Shown: positions 23,584 through 34,520 of the stretch, piece after piece | How the letters are laid out: every line of letters starts with the position of its first letter | Position numbering within the stretch: position 1 is the stretch's first letter | Program-made: the position numbers and the translations under genes | The notes under the pieces: model-generated | What the model was told of the DNA's origin: nothing | Database searches by the model: none | What the model saw: only the letters and a program-made list of their open reading frames with translations | Virus record (IMG/VR): IMGVR_UViG_3300046467_003049 | From: an uncultured virus (IMG/VR IMGVR_UViG_3300046467_003049) | Taxonomy: Duplodnaviria; Heunggongvirae; Uroviricota; Caudoviricetes | Strand: one strand, 5' to 3' | DNA: 64,000 nt

Positions 23584-24768
23584 ATGTACGATCATAAAAT
23601 CGACATTCAAGAACAATTAAAAAACCGCCTTACTCCTGTAGTTGCCTGCATTAAAGATAAGCTGCGTAAAGATGTTGGCACAAGCAACGCTTACGACATC
23701 ATGGCTGTCTCTCAAGGCATTAAAGATTACCAAACAGCAAAAGGCTTGGCTAACAAACCATTTTATACGTTACGCGCCAATATCGGCACGAAAGAAAACC
23801 CAATGTGGATCATAGAAAACCTTGGTCACTTAGAAGGAAATGGCGAAGCGCAGTACAAAGCGAATCTTATTGCCAACAAATGCAACATATCGCTTAAATG
23901 GGATTTGTACCGTGATGATAAGCACGCCGACTACACGTACTATAGCGAACCAACAGTGGATAAAGGGCTTTTATGTAACATTACGCTTACATCAAATGAT
24001 TTAGTTGGACTTGAAGACGCATTACACGAAGTTAAACGCCTTATCTCTGAAGGTAACGAAGAAGGGTTTAACAAAAACGAAACATCTTCTTTTGATTTTG
24101 ATGTGTTTGGCGAAGAGTATGTGCTTGGGGCTGAGTTCGACATTGAATCATATGATGATTTTGCGATTATCGACGATAAAGGCATTTATAACAGCAATGA
24201 TGATCAGGATGAAGTGGAAGGTAACTTTCTTGAATATATCAACAACCGCACTATCTGTGGTGATACTACAGAAGATCTTGTTGGTGATACGCTGTACCTT
24301 TGTAATGAAGTGACTATGGAAGATCTGGTTTTCGATATTGAGTGTCTAGAACACACCTTTATCGCAGTAAACACCGACGATAACGAACCTAATGTCATGG
24401 GCAATGCTCAACAGCTGCTTGATGGTATGTCTAAGGATAACGAATACTACCTATTTCAAGCGAAACGAGAAACACCTATACATCGCCCAAACAAAAACTT
24501 AATAGCGCCTTGTGACATGGCTGAGGCGTTGAATGAAGTGGCAACTGCTGAGGCTTCAGAAAACAAGCACGAAAACAAAGTGTCAAAATCATTAATTGCT
24601 ATGAGAAAAGCAATGCGACAAAACACCGAGCAAAAATGGTCATTCGACGAAATGGCTGTGCAGTTTCGAGTTTCAACACAAACTTATAAGCTTTGGGAAG
24701 AAACGGGCAAGGTAGAGAATCACGACACATTCTTAACAAGATATCGTGAGCTATACACCAAGCTTTAA
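23584..24768 (+). CDS. multidomain protein with C-terminal XRE-like HTH
   Basis: C-terminus LIAMRKAM...SFDEMAVQFRVSTQTYKLWEETG resembles an XRE HTH; N-terminus SNAYDIMAVSQGIKDYQT resembles a small Glyoxalase_8-like domain. Confidence 0.6.
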   Translation: MYDHKIDIQEQLKNRLTPVVACIKDKLRKDVGTSNAYDIMAVSQGIKDYQTAKGLANKPFYTLRANIGTKENPMWIIENLGHLEGNGEAQYKANLIANKCNISLKWDLYRDDKHADYTYYSEPTVDKGLLCNITLTSNDLVGLEDALHEVKRLISEGNEEGFNKNETSSFDFDVFGEEYVLGAEFDIESYDDFAIIDDKGIYNSNDDQDEVEGNFLEYINNRTICGDTTEDLVGDTLYLCNEVTMEDLVFDIECLEHTFIAVNTDDNEPNVMGNAQQLLDGMSKDNEYYLFQAKRETPIHRPNKNLIAPCDMAEALNEVATAEASENKHENKVSKSLIAMRKAMRQNTEQKWSFDEMAVQFRVSTQTYKLWEETGKVENHDTFLTRYRELYTKL

Positions 24769-24789
24769 TCAACCAGAACTACAACCAAC

Positions 24790-24815
24790 AAAAAGGGCGC
24801 TATTAGCGCCCTTTT
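24790..24815. terminator. bidirectional intrinsic terminator
   Basis: AAAAGGGCGCT-ATT-AGCGCCCTTTT between convergent genes. Confidence 0.8.
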
Positions 24816-24841
24816 ATTGTTAAGTCTAAGCTAATAGACTT

Positions 24842-26371
24842 TTATTTCTTTTTAGCTCTACGAGCGACCTTCATGTGCGCTGTACAATAGCTATGGCATT
24901 TGTTTCTAAAAGAAGCGCTGTAAGCGGCAGGACAAGCATCTTGCCACTCTTTAATCGTTTGGTATTTCGCAGCTGAAGCCATACATGCTTCTTTGTTCCA
25001 TTTCTTGGTCATGTGAGCAACACATTCTTCGTAAAAATCGCTTTCAACAGCAACATAAAATGATGGACTGCTTGCCTTTAACCAAATGTCCACAGAAGGG
25101 TAGTATCCTGCCTCCTCTAAACAAGCCGCCTTTAACCATTTAACCTTTTGTTCTTCGGACTGCTGATCTTCATCTACCACCCCGTCAACTTCTTGAACTT
25201 CAGTTTCTTGAGCTTCAACTTCTTCAACTTCTTCAACTTCTTCAACTTCACTCTGAAGATGATCTAAAAGAACTTTTTTGCAAACTTCCAACAAGTGACT
25301 TGAAACAGCCAAATTATACAAATCAGGCTCTGCCGACTTCCACTTGTCTATTGAATCATACTTGACCACGGACGCTAAACAGCTATCTAATTCTTGTTCT
25401 GTTAATACTTCAGTATCAGCCGGAGCCTCACCACTAATTAAAGCCTTAAGCGCCCGAGATCTTTTAGCTCTTTTAACGGGCTTGGCACTTGTGCTTTTTT
25501 TCGTTTTACCCCACTTGCTTGGATTACTAGATTGTTTCGGCTTAGCAGATGGCTTGGACTTACTAGGCTTTAACGAACCAACACAAACCCCACTTACCTT
25601 GTATTTATTTGTACCAATATTATTAACACAAAAATCAAGCCACCCATTAGCCTTAGCCTGCAAGTAAGCTTCTTTTTCACCAAGAAACCATGCTTCTGTA
25701 CTAAGATAAGTCGAGGCACTTTCGATACACTCTTCTTTAGTCAGAGTAGAGACTTTATTGTCTGCTAATTCACTTTTCTTGTGGACTTCATTTGCCGCAC
25801 TAACCTTATGAGGTATAGACTTTGCTTTGCTGTCTTTATCTTTCGCTTTGCTTCGTCCAATAGGTGCCGATATCATCGCTTCTAAATCTTTGGGATCAAC
25901 ACTTGTTATTACAGGTGATGGCTCCATTAGCATATCTATTATTTCGCGGTTTTCTATTTCGGATTCTTTCAGTATCTTTTCTGCAACTATTTCTTCAACA
26001 AACGGTGCATTTGACTGATTAGGCGTATTTTTTCTAAGGATGCTCAGCGATTTTTCAAGCCGTTCATTATCATCTAAAACATCAGCACTATTAATTTCAA
26101 GGGCTTCTTTGATCAGCTCATTCTTTTTGTTTAATAAAGACCGTTCCTTTATTATCATTTTAGGGGTTATACGCATTGCCGCACGCAAAAGTTCATCTTT
26201 TTGCGCCAACACATCGATATCAGCTTTCCCCTTCTGTATTTTCTCAACACATCGGCTCATACAACCTAATATAAGTGCTGCATGCGCTGCATCTGGGTTT
26301 TCGTTGTACCAAGCTTCAATACTGCTATAGCCCTTGACGGTACGAAGGCATTCACTCTCTGTTTTATACAC
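24842..26371 (-). CDS. repeat-domain protein (about five ~40-aa helical repeats)
   Basis: Recurrent C...A..Y.S...W......AY..A......C unit; Lys/Ser-rich and Glu-rich linkers. Confidence 0.7.
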   Translation of the reverse strand: MYKTESECLRTVKGYSSIEAWYNENPDAAHAALILGCMSRCVEKIQKGKADIDVLAQKDELLRAAMRITPKMIIKERSLLNKKNELIKEALEINSADVLDDNERLEKSLSILRKNTPNQSNAPFVEEIVAEKILKESEIENREIIDMLMEPSPVITSVDPKDLEAMISAPIGRSKAKDKDSKAKSIPHKVSAANEVHKKSELADNKVSTLTKEECIESASTYLSTEAWFLGEKEAYLQAKANGWLDFCVNNIGTNKYKVSGVCVGSLKPSKSKPSAKPKQSSNPSKWGKTKKSTSAKPVKRAKRSRALKALISGEAPADTEVLTEQELDSCLASVVKYDSIDKWKSAEPDLYNLAVSSHLLEVCKKVLLDHLQSEVEEVEEVEEVEAQETEVQEVDGVVDEDQQSEEQKVKWLKAACLEEAGYYPSVDIWLKASSPSFYVAVESDFYEECVAHMTKKWNKEACMASAAKYQTIKEWQDACPAAYSASFRNKCHSYCTAHMKVARRAKKK

Positions 26372-26645
26372 AATAAATCCTTTAATATCGCTTCTAAATC
26401 GTTGCCACTAGAAACAATCATCTAACGTTGACTTTACCCAAGGGTAAAGTATTTACCTTAAATATACACAACACCAAGCCTTTTGACAATCAATTAATTC
26501 TAAACAAATGGGTTTAACAACTTCTAACACACCGGCAAACAGACAAAATCACCCCCATTTTGTGATAAGCTTATAGCTCATAAAATGATTGACAAATTAT
26601 CATTTTAAAGTATAATTAAAACATCAACTAGCAAGAGTATTTTTT

Positions 26646-27290
26646 ATGGGTAAGCCCTACGTAATCATTGAAGGACTTGATGGCGCTGGAAAAGGCGAAG
26701 CAATCAAGACAGTTAAGAAAATATTGGAAGAACACGGCTACGAAATCACGTTAACTCGTGAACCTGGTGGCACACCCTTAGCAGAAAATATACGCGACCT
26801 ATTTAAGAGCAACTGGGATGAAGTAGTATCACCTAAAACCGACTTGATGATGCTATACGCTAGCCGAGAGCAGCTTTATATAAACCGGATCATGACTGCT
26901 ATTGCTGAGAATAAAACAGCAATACTTCAAGACAGATCATGGCTTACAACCTTTGCCTATCAAATAAGAGGTTTAGGGGCATTCACTGACGAGGATTTCT
27001 CACATATCCACAATTTCGTCATGCACGATAAACCTACACCAGATCTCGTTTTATACTTAAACATTCCACCTGAAGTGGGCTTTGAACGGATCAAGAAAGC
27101 ACGGGGCGACAACAGCGCAGATCGCATGGAAGGCTATCAATTAGGCTTTTATAAAAGAGCGCGTGATGGTTACCTTGAATTACACTCTACTGGCAGAGTG
27201 CCTAACATGGCAGTCATTGACGCTAACCGAGCACTTGAACTCGTACAAGCCGATATTACCAAGCTTGTAAAAGATTTACTGGAGAAATAA
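26646..27290 (+). CDS. tmk: thymidylate (dTMP) kinase
   Basis: IEGLDGAGK, TREPGGTPLAE, DR...T.AYQ and PDLVLYL motifs. Confidence 0.93.
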   Translation: MGKPYVIIEGLDGAGKGEAIKTVKKILEEHGYEITLTREPGGTPLAENIRDLFKSNWDEVVSPKTDLMMLYASREQLYINRIMTAIAENKTAILQDRSWLTTFAYQIRGLGAFTDEDFSHIHNFVMHDKPTPDLVLYLNIPPEVGFERIKKARGDNSADRMEGYQLGFYKRARDGYLELHSTGRVPNMAVIDANRALELVQADITKLVKDLLEK

Positions 27291-28184
27291 TGGAATATTC
27301 AACCGAAGATGCCGCAAACAAAGCGAAAACTTATTGTGAACAACACAAGGGATGGCAGCGAATTTGTGACATTGAAAACAGCGACACGTTAATGTTAACT
27401 TTTGAAGAATTGCCTGCAAAAGTACAGAACGCATGGAAACGTGAATACCCAAGCAACCCTAAAGGCATGTGGGAAGAGTTTGGGAGCGGTATTAGCCGAC
27501 ACCCATACAAGTTCGTCTCTGGTGCCGGTGAAGTGTTTGACAAAGCCGCCGACATACCACATGGGCATCAACTAATGATGATATTCAATACCAGCAAAAC
27601 CCGCAAAGCCGGCTATCCATAATAACAGGGGCAATAACTATGCAACAACGTATATGGGTATCATTTAATTTTCTTGGTGATATACAGTTCACGACCACAA
27701 TAAAACCCACTAAGCCGCATGACTCTTACGGCAACCAATGGGTTGAAATGACACCTACCATCAGAGAAACATCTGATGAATTACCCGTTATTGAACCACC
27801 ATTAGATTTTAAGCTCGATGAGGAAACGCAGAACGTAAGCGAACTATGGGAAAGTGTTGCTAAAATCAGCACAGGTCGCGTAAAAGATAATAAAGCATCT
27901 TCTACCTACCCTCTCGCCACTCGTTTAAGACAGCTTAACTCACTGAGCGTCATTGTTGATTGCTTAAAGAAGACACACGCGGCTATGTTAACCTCTAAAA
28001 AATAGTCCTTACCAAAACAAAAGCAGTTAACGGGTAATGCCGATAGCTGCTTTTTTATTTCCGTCATATCAACAAAAAAACACACCCCAATCACCACCTA
28101 AAACACCGCTTTTTTAGTGCGTTTCTATTGACAAAATATTTCATTATGATAATATTAATACTCACACACACAAGGGAAAACACT

Positions 28185-28652
28185 ATGCTTTTAACCAAAC
28201 AATTGCCTGCCGGAATCTATCCGCAAATGATCGTAGAAATGACCGGTGAAGATTTTGACGGAATGCTTAACTTTGGCGCTGTACTGATACGCTCTAAATC
28301 TGCCGGTAAAATCGTTGTACTCGATGCTGTTCAAACCAATGGCTCACCTTGCACCGAGAACGTCGATAAGTACGTATTAAACACGGTTTTTGAGAATGAT
28401 TTTGAAGAAATACTCGAATGCTTATCAACCGATGATGGTAAGTACGATGGCTATGAGATGGTACAAGACTGTTTACCACTTTTAGCACTTGATGATGTTG
28501 AAATTATAACGTGTCTTGAACTGCTTGAAGACGTTGACGCTAATAAAGCCAATATCGAACGCATACAAAGCGTATACCTTGACTTTAGCCGCACAGAGCC
28601 TTCTGTTGATAAAACAATACCAGTTAAGCTATTGACCTCTGAAGAGATGTAG
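28185..28652 (+). CDS. hypothetical protein (start revised to MLLTKQ)
   Basis: TTGACA at 28128; exact ACACACAAGG at 28166-28175. Confidence 0.7.
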   Translation: MLLTKQLPAGIYPQMIVEMTGEDFDGMLNFGAVLIRSKSAGKIVVLDAVQTNGSPCTENVDKYVLNTVFENDFEEILECLSTDDGKYDGYEMVQDCLPLLALDDVEIITCLELLEDVDANKANIERIQSVYLDFSRTEPSVDKTIPVKLLTSEEM

Positions 28653-28804
28653 CGCCTAAAAAACGGGCGTTAATTCTAGCGCCCAAACAATTTATTTTGA
28701 TTGACAAAAAATCTCAATATGATATGGTTATTGTATTGAGTTATATTGCAGATTTCGAGCTAACATTACTCGTATCACGACACATTAAAGATTAGGTATT
28801 CAGG

Positions 28805-29479
28805 ATGAAAAATAGATTTTATTTAGCTTGTTTTAGAGATAATGTTGGTTCAAATGTCGCTTTTCATGGGATTAGTGGTTGCGGCTACCCTACTGACGTC
28901 AATAAAGCGCAAACCTACACGCTAGAAGAAGCGCAAAAGGCGTGGGATGGTGGTCGAGAATACGATCAGCCTATTTCAGCAGATCACGTTGACTCAATGC
29001 TTGTTTCAAAAGTGGATTGTCAAAAACTGCCAACAGAAACAACCAAAGTTCCTAATTGCAATAAATATGTCGCCTATCAGCGCGGCAACTGGGATGGTAA
29101 CGATGTTTACTGGCTAACAAGCAAGCAAAATAGCGTTAACTTTGCCGATGCTACCATTTATACCGCAGATGATGTTGATGATAATAGTGAAGTCGTTTAT
29201 TTGCCTTTCGACATGGTCGATAAATTAAAGCGTTCAACCTTTGCTTTTTCTAATTACAATAGACGCTCTATGGTGCAAGGTGCCGGCTTAAGAACGCCAA
29301 AACATCTTAAGCTATCAAGACGCCGTAAAAACAACCCTAAGACGCGGTGGAACTGCCCTGCTTGCGGAAAATTGCATTGGCAACACAACCCTCATGATTT
29401 CGGTGGCTGTAACGATATTCTTTGCGAAGAGCACCCATACTCGCACGCTAACTCACGTTTTTTAAGTCCATATGATTAA
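28805..29479 (+). CDS. phage-type hypothetical protein with C-terminal CxxC motif
   Basis: 224-aa ORF with NCPACGK; promoter at ~28701. Confidence 0.75.
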   Translation: MKNRFYLACFRDNVGSNVAFHGISGCGYPTDVNKAQTYTLEEAQKAWDGGREYDQPISADHVDSMLVSKVDCQKLPTETTKVPNCNKYVAYQRGNWDGNDVYWLTSKQNSVNFADATIYTADDVDDNSEVVYLPFDMVDKLKRSTFAFSNYNRRSMVQGAGLRTPKHLKLSRRRKNNPKTRWNCPACGKLHWQHNPHDFGGCNDILCEEHPYSHANSRFLSPYD

Positions 29480-30057
29480 TATGGGTTCGCAAACACATTG
29501 CTTAAATAATTATTTTTGATTGACAAATAATCTCATTGTGATAAAATTATTACAGTTAAAAAACAACTGAAGCACATTCACACAAAGGAATAAAATTATG
29601 AGCAAACTACATGCATCAATTCTTAGCGTAAAACTGCAATTGATAAAAGAAATTTCTGGATTCATCAATCTTTTTGGCGAACAAATATCTGAAACAAGCC
29701 CACAACAACAGACTATCCCTGCAAAAGAACACTTTGGCAACAATGAAGTAAAAGTGAAAGATATTACAATCTTACAAGGGGCGAAACTTAATACGCCTCA
29801 GTTAAAGCGTATAATTGCATCAGAATCAGACCACGAAAAAATAGTAGGGCTTTCTCACACGTGGGATGAAACTGGCGATATTAGCTTGGACGACTTGGTT
29901 AGCATTCATTTAGCGTTTCAAGCAAAGCTAGATGACATTCTGCATCGAAACAACGATTAGTTAACCAACTACCGCTAAAAACTCATGACAGCCCGTTCAG
30001 AGCTGTTATGGGTATCATTTTTAAACAGTGTTCTTGGCAAACATAAGGTGTTTAGAA

Positions 30058-30639
30058 TTATTTCTCATGCATGATTTTGTGTAGTTCAAACAGCCAATGC
30101 AAACGTTTTTGGAAACGGAAAATGAAATCGTTTATCGTCGAAATAGTCTCATGCGTCTGCAAAGGGAGCGCCGGCGATTTAGTGTAAGAAAATTTAAACC
30201 CACAATTAACCATCAAAGCTTTTAATCCTGCTTTTGACGCATCATCAATTCGCTCATCATCATATAACGTGATAAACCCGTCTATTGTTAGGTAGGCAGC
30301 TAACTCATTATTCCCTAACTCTATACCGTCAACAGCAGCGATCGTCATCAAACACTTTAAGAACGACGAAACACCTTCATACTCTCTCGTTACCACATCA
30401 TCACCACGCTTTATCAGCATTGCCTCACGCTCGATTAGGTAACATAAATCTGCATGATGTAGTGCCAGGTGTGTCGTGGTGTATTTATAAAACACCTCTT
30501 CTTCAATCCGCTTGTTTATCAATTGAGGGGCACCCACTTCAAACATCCGATCATAAAAAATCTTGGCTGCTGGTACAGGGGTTTCGAACAACTTCTTAAA
30601 GGTTTTGGCTGTAGTACTTAATATATTTGATATTGACAC
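30058..30639 (-). CDS. hypothetical protein
   Basis: 193-aa ORF with GGAG RBS and GTG start. Confidence 0.6.
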   Translation of the reverse strand: MSISNILSTTAKTFKKLFETPVPAAKIFYDRMFEVGAPQLINKRIEEEVFYKYTTTHLALHHADLCYLIEREAMLIKRGDDVVTREYEGVSSFLKCLMTIAAVDGIELGNNELAAYLTIDGFITLYDDERIDDASKAGLKALMVNCGFKFSYTKSPALPLQTHETISTINDFIFRFQKRLHWLFELHKIMHEK

Positions 30640-30779
30640 AATCTTTACTCCATTAATGATTGTTAAATGGCTTACATCCGCTTTGGACTAAACTTAACAC
30701 AATAAGTAATTATTCTGAAGACATCACAAAAACCACTATAACGCGGGATTTAATAATATCTAAGGGAGTATATCAAGGT

Positions 30780-30975
30780 TTAGGTTGGTGAGCCTCGCTG
30801 TAAACACACACAAGGATTAAACGAGACTCACCGAAGAGGTTGGTAGCACCCCCATCGTTATTGTCACACACAAGGATTCAGGGAGTGCTACCGTGGAACT
30901 GTTGAAATTGATTCAAATGTTCCTGTCATATAATCCCATATACAGGGGACTAATGGAACATTTCTTATGCTTTTA
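30780..30975 (-). ncRNA. candidate trans-acting antisense sRNA with two AAUCCUUGUGUGUG loops
   Basis: Hairpins at 30787-30832, 30842-30892 and 30915-30963; a C-A mismatch on + becomes a G-U pair on - in all three; loops are complementary to ACACACAAGG leaders. Confidence 0.6.
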
Positions 30976-31249
30976 TTTACATTGTTACTTTTTGTTTATA
31001 AAGCGTCTAAGCCTTAAAAAACGATTTAATCTCACGCCCGTCTTACTTTTTGATTGACAGGCTGATGCTTTATGCAATTTACCTTCCCAACTGATCAGGA
31101 TAGTTTTATCTTTCATTTTTGTTTTGAGTATTTTTGCAACGACTCTATCAGTGGTTGTTTTCATCATAACGAGTGACCTTACATCTTAATTGAACTGGCA
31201 ACCGGTTCAGCTGACTAGGGAGGCTGTAAGCCTCCCCTCTGGTCATCTA

Positions 31250-31528
31250 TTAACCTTCATACGCCATCAACGTGCCGCTGTCATAAGGTTCCGCATACCA
31301 ACCGTTTTTCTCAAGCTCACTGTTAAGCTTTTTATTTACACCTAGCGTTTCTGGGAACACGCTATCACTAAAAACCGGTAAACCATCAATATCCGCAGAC
31401 TCAGTTCCTCTGAACCAAATCCCATCACATTCTTTACCATAGAACTCACTGGCCGGCACTGCCTTGATCCCAGTAAATTTCTCATTAAGAATTTCAATCA
31501 TTTTTTCAAGCTTTGTTGATTTAGCCAT
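31250..31528 (-). CDS. hypothetical protein
   Basis: Promoter at ~31589; exact ACACACAAGG at 31539; WYAEPYDSGTLMAY C-terminus. Confidence 0.75.
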   Translation of the reverse strand: MAKSTKLEKMIEILNEKFTGIKAVPASEFYGKECDGIWFRGTESADIDGLPVFSDSVFPETLGVNKKLNSELEKNGWYAEPYDSGTLMAYEG

Positions 31529-31630
31529 TTTCTTGTTACCTTGTGTGTGTTTATTTTATGTAACCATATTAAGTCATTATGATAACGATGTCAATCATTT
31601 TAATAAAATAAACACAAGGTTTTGCTGCTT

Positions 31631-32413
31631 TTACTCAGTAATACCCTCTTTAACTTTTTCAACAAAACCTCTTAAAAAGCCTTCGTGACGTGAATGAAAC
31701 TCATAGTTTCTAGACGCAGACTCAACACACCCATCAACGGTACTAACACCATCTTTCAACCATACTTTAAGTGTGCTCGTTAATTGCTGCTCAATCTCTG
31801 GCTTTAGCGTTTCACCCTCAACCACAAAGTTATCTCGTGAACGAACATACCAGTTTACATATTCAGTGAAAGTCATACATTCAAAATAGTCTTCAAAGTA
31901 CACGCCGCTTAATTCAAGCAATATCTCATCACTAATATTGTTTAACGGGTGAATACGAGACATACGTACCCAATTTCTTTTGTTATCTGGAAAGTCATTG
32001 CGTAGCTGTTTAAAGCGCTCAGTAAAACGCTTTACCCACTGCATGTGAGGTTTATTTAGATCATCGATAGCAATATTGCTTAAATCTGGGTCTATTTTAC
32101 CAATAAGCGCAAACGTTGAATTATTTAAATTGCACAACACCGACTCTAAAAATTCATTAAACGGATTTTCATAAGAGCCATCCATCACGTCTTCTGTAGG
32201 TTGGTAGAATGGCTTGATAGCTTCCACCAAAGACTTGAACCAATCACTATTAAATTGCTCTGCACGACTAGGGAAGTTCTTGGCCATCATATCCAACTCT
32301 TTTTCAAAGCCGTCAGCACCTTTCAAGCAACGCAAATTCATTTCAAGCGATTTCGCCGCAACCATCTCTTCTTGCGTATTACATTGAAGTAAAAAAAAGT
32401 CTAATGTGTTCAT
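31631..32413 (-). CDS. hypothetical protein (start revised to MNTLDF)
   Basis: Promoter at ~32472; variant leader ACGCACGCACGGGA. Confidence 0.65.
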   Translation of the reverse strand: MNTLDFFLLQCNTQEEMVAAKSLEMNLRCLKGADGFEKELDMMAKNFPSRAEQFNSDWFKSLVEAIKPFYQPTEDVMDGSYENPFNEFLESVLCNLNNSTFALIGKIDPDLSNIAIDDLNKPHMQWVKRFTERFKQLRNDFPDNKRNWVRMSRIHPLNNISDEILLELSGVYFEDYFECMTFTEYVNWYVRSRDNFVVEGETLKPEIEQQLTSTLKVWLKDGVSTVDGCVESASRNYEFHSRHEGFLRGFVEKVKEGITE

Positions 32414-32544
32414 GTTTGTTCCCGTGCGTGCGTATATTTGTATAAAACAATAGTACCACACAATCGCATTTTGTCAATCATTTATTCTTACGCACAACAA
32501 AAAAAACGCACAAAGCATAACCCAGTGCGTCAATTCAAATCAGT

Positions 32545-33021
32545 TTATGAACAGCAACTAGCTACCCTGTCCTGAAACGCTTGAACACTAAAATCAATTT
32601 GAATAACATCCACACTGACTTCAGCAAACATATCCTTTGAGATAGCTACCGCTTCACCCCATCGAGACAAGTAATCCTCTGTTTGCACAGGAATATAAAC
32701 TTCTTTAATACCTACTTGAATTAGCTTTGCACAGCAATTGGGACATGGTAAATGGGTTGCGAATATCGAGCACCCTTTAACAGAACGATTCGCATTAAAT
32801 ATCGCGTTTTCTTCGGCATGAAGTGTTTTAAGATACTTTAGCTCTCGGGGATCATCTCTGTCTTCAACGCCACGAGGATAGCCATTAATACCGTTTGAAA
32901 CGAAGTTATTGCCATCGGCAATAACTGCACCTACTTTTGTCGATCTGTCTTTGCTCCACGTTGAACACAGAAAAGCCATTTCCATAAAGCGTGTTTGCCA
33001 CTTCTTGCTAACTGACTGCAT
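32545..33021 (-). CDS. dCMP deaminase family protein
   Basis: SKDRSTKVGAVI, G.NGYPRG, HAEENA and PCPNC zinc motifs. Confidence 0.9.
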   Translation of the reverse strand: MQSVSKKWQTRFMEMAFLCSTWSKDRSTKVGAVIADGNNFVSNGINGYPRGVEDRDDPRELKYLKTLHAEENAIFNANRSVKGCSIFATHLPCPNCCAKLIQVGIKEVYIPVQTEDYLSRWGEAVAISKDMFAEVSVDVIQIDFSVQAFQDRVASCCS

Positions 33022-34112
33022 GTTACTACACCTCTTCCTTTAACCACTTACTTAATGCAGAAGCGGCAGTTATTATATTATCGTATGCATCGGAATAATG
33101 ACTAAGATTTTTTAAAAACTTGTTGTTGCGCTCGCGTGCCTTTTCTTCATGGCTCGGCAAACTAAAATTACGCTCTTCTAGGGCGTCAATAGCGTCTAAA
33201 ACCTCTACATTAATATCCATACCAATTTTATAATCAAAGTTTATAAAATCTTCAAAATCTTTACAGTAAAGCTCACCAAAAGAAAACTCAATTTTTTGAG
33301 AATTCAAATCAACAACCATACCTAAATTAAACGCTTTATCATTTCCATCACCGTCTTTATCATAAACAGACACAACATCAGCATATATATCCACGCTGTC
33401 AGTAACGAGTGTCACACCCATACTTTTCAACTTCACCCAATCCGTATCGGTCAGACCATTTTCAACAATATGCTCAAAACGCGTCTTAGGCATTAAATCA
33501 ATAACAATAATAGCACGTGAACCTTTAGTGTACTGGCCAAGAGCAAATTTCATTGGATCGGTCAAATCATCCTTACCAAGCACAATAACTGAAGTATCTT
33601 CGCTAGACTCTCTTTTAGCGTTAACAATAGCTTTTAATTCTGGTAATGTTTTTTCGTATGTAGGCATAATATGTCACTCGTGTGCGTTTGATTTCAATAC
33701 ACACACTTTATCACATTGAACTTTTTTGTCAATCTTTTATTCTTTTATAGGTGGGTTAAAAAGTAGACAGATGTTACGGGGAGCAACAACATACTCAACA
33801 AAACAAGCAGCGCTGTACGATGCCTAAAAACAAGTTTTTTCGGCACTGAACCTTCAGGGACTGATTGAAATATATTTTTTAATGCCAGAAATATCACTAT
33901 CAATGACACAAGATAAATACAACCGCAAAAGGCTGTCATATTAAATGGTAACTCAGGTGGCGTTGATGCTTGTAATTCACCAATTAATTTATATGTTTTT
34001 GCCGTCATACAATCAACCTTTTAGGTGGATATATAAATAACAGCGCCTGAACACAACATGTAAATTCAATTAGCTGATTTTTCCCATTCGACACTAACAA
34101 TCAAATGGAACT

Positions 34113-34520
34113 TTACCCCATCATAGACGCAAGCGCTCCAAAAGCCAAGTTAGGCTTATACGAATTTGCGTTTACACGCTCAAGACGCAATGCTTCCTCT
34201 TCTTTTTGGCGCTCTAAATCAGCCTCAGATTCTTCTCGCAACTGCTCGTAGTTCTCTTCAACCATGAGCGTCAGCTCTTCCTTAGAAGCGCCACTGAGAT
34301 CTAACCAATTCGGCTTAATACCGGTGATCTCACGATACGTCTCCGCATACTCACACTTAAGTGAGTAAAGCTCATAAGCTTCAACGCTGGTAATACCATA
34401 CCCTGCCCAATGATCTAAACAATCAGTGGTGAGAAAACAGCTGCCTGCTGCCATACTAACGGCATTCTCTGCTTCGATGTGAGCACGTAAAGCTAATTGT
34501 TCTTGAGTGTATGCAGTCAT
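34113..34520 (-). CDS. phage-type hypothetical protein
   Basis: Promoter at ~34572 and AAGGA RBS. Confidence 0.7.
   Translation of the reverse strand: MTAYTQEQLALRAHIEAENAVSMAAGSCFLTTDCLDHWAGYGITSVEAYELYSLKCEYAETYREITGIKPNWLDLSGASKEELTLMVEENYEQLREESEADLERQKEEEALRLERVNANSYKPNLAFGALASMMG

Noticed and set aside
30787..30892. Mini CRISPR array
   Set aside because: Only a 14-nt motif is repeated twice, it lies in loops, and no cas genes are present.
30740..30965. CsrB/RsmZ-like sponge on the + strand (several GGA motifs, ACAAGGAT in loops)
   Set aside because: All three stems have C-A mismatches on + that become G-U pairs on -, so the antisense orientation is preferred. The sponge reading is not fully excluded.
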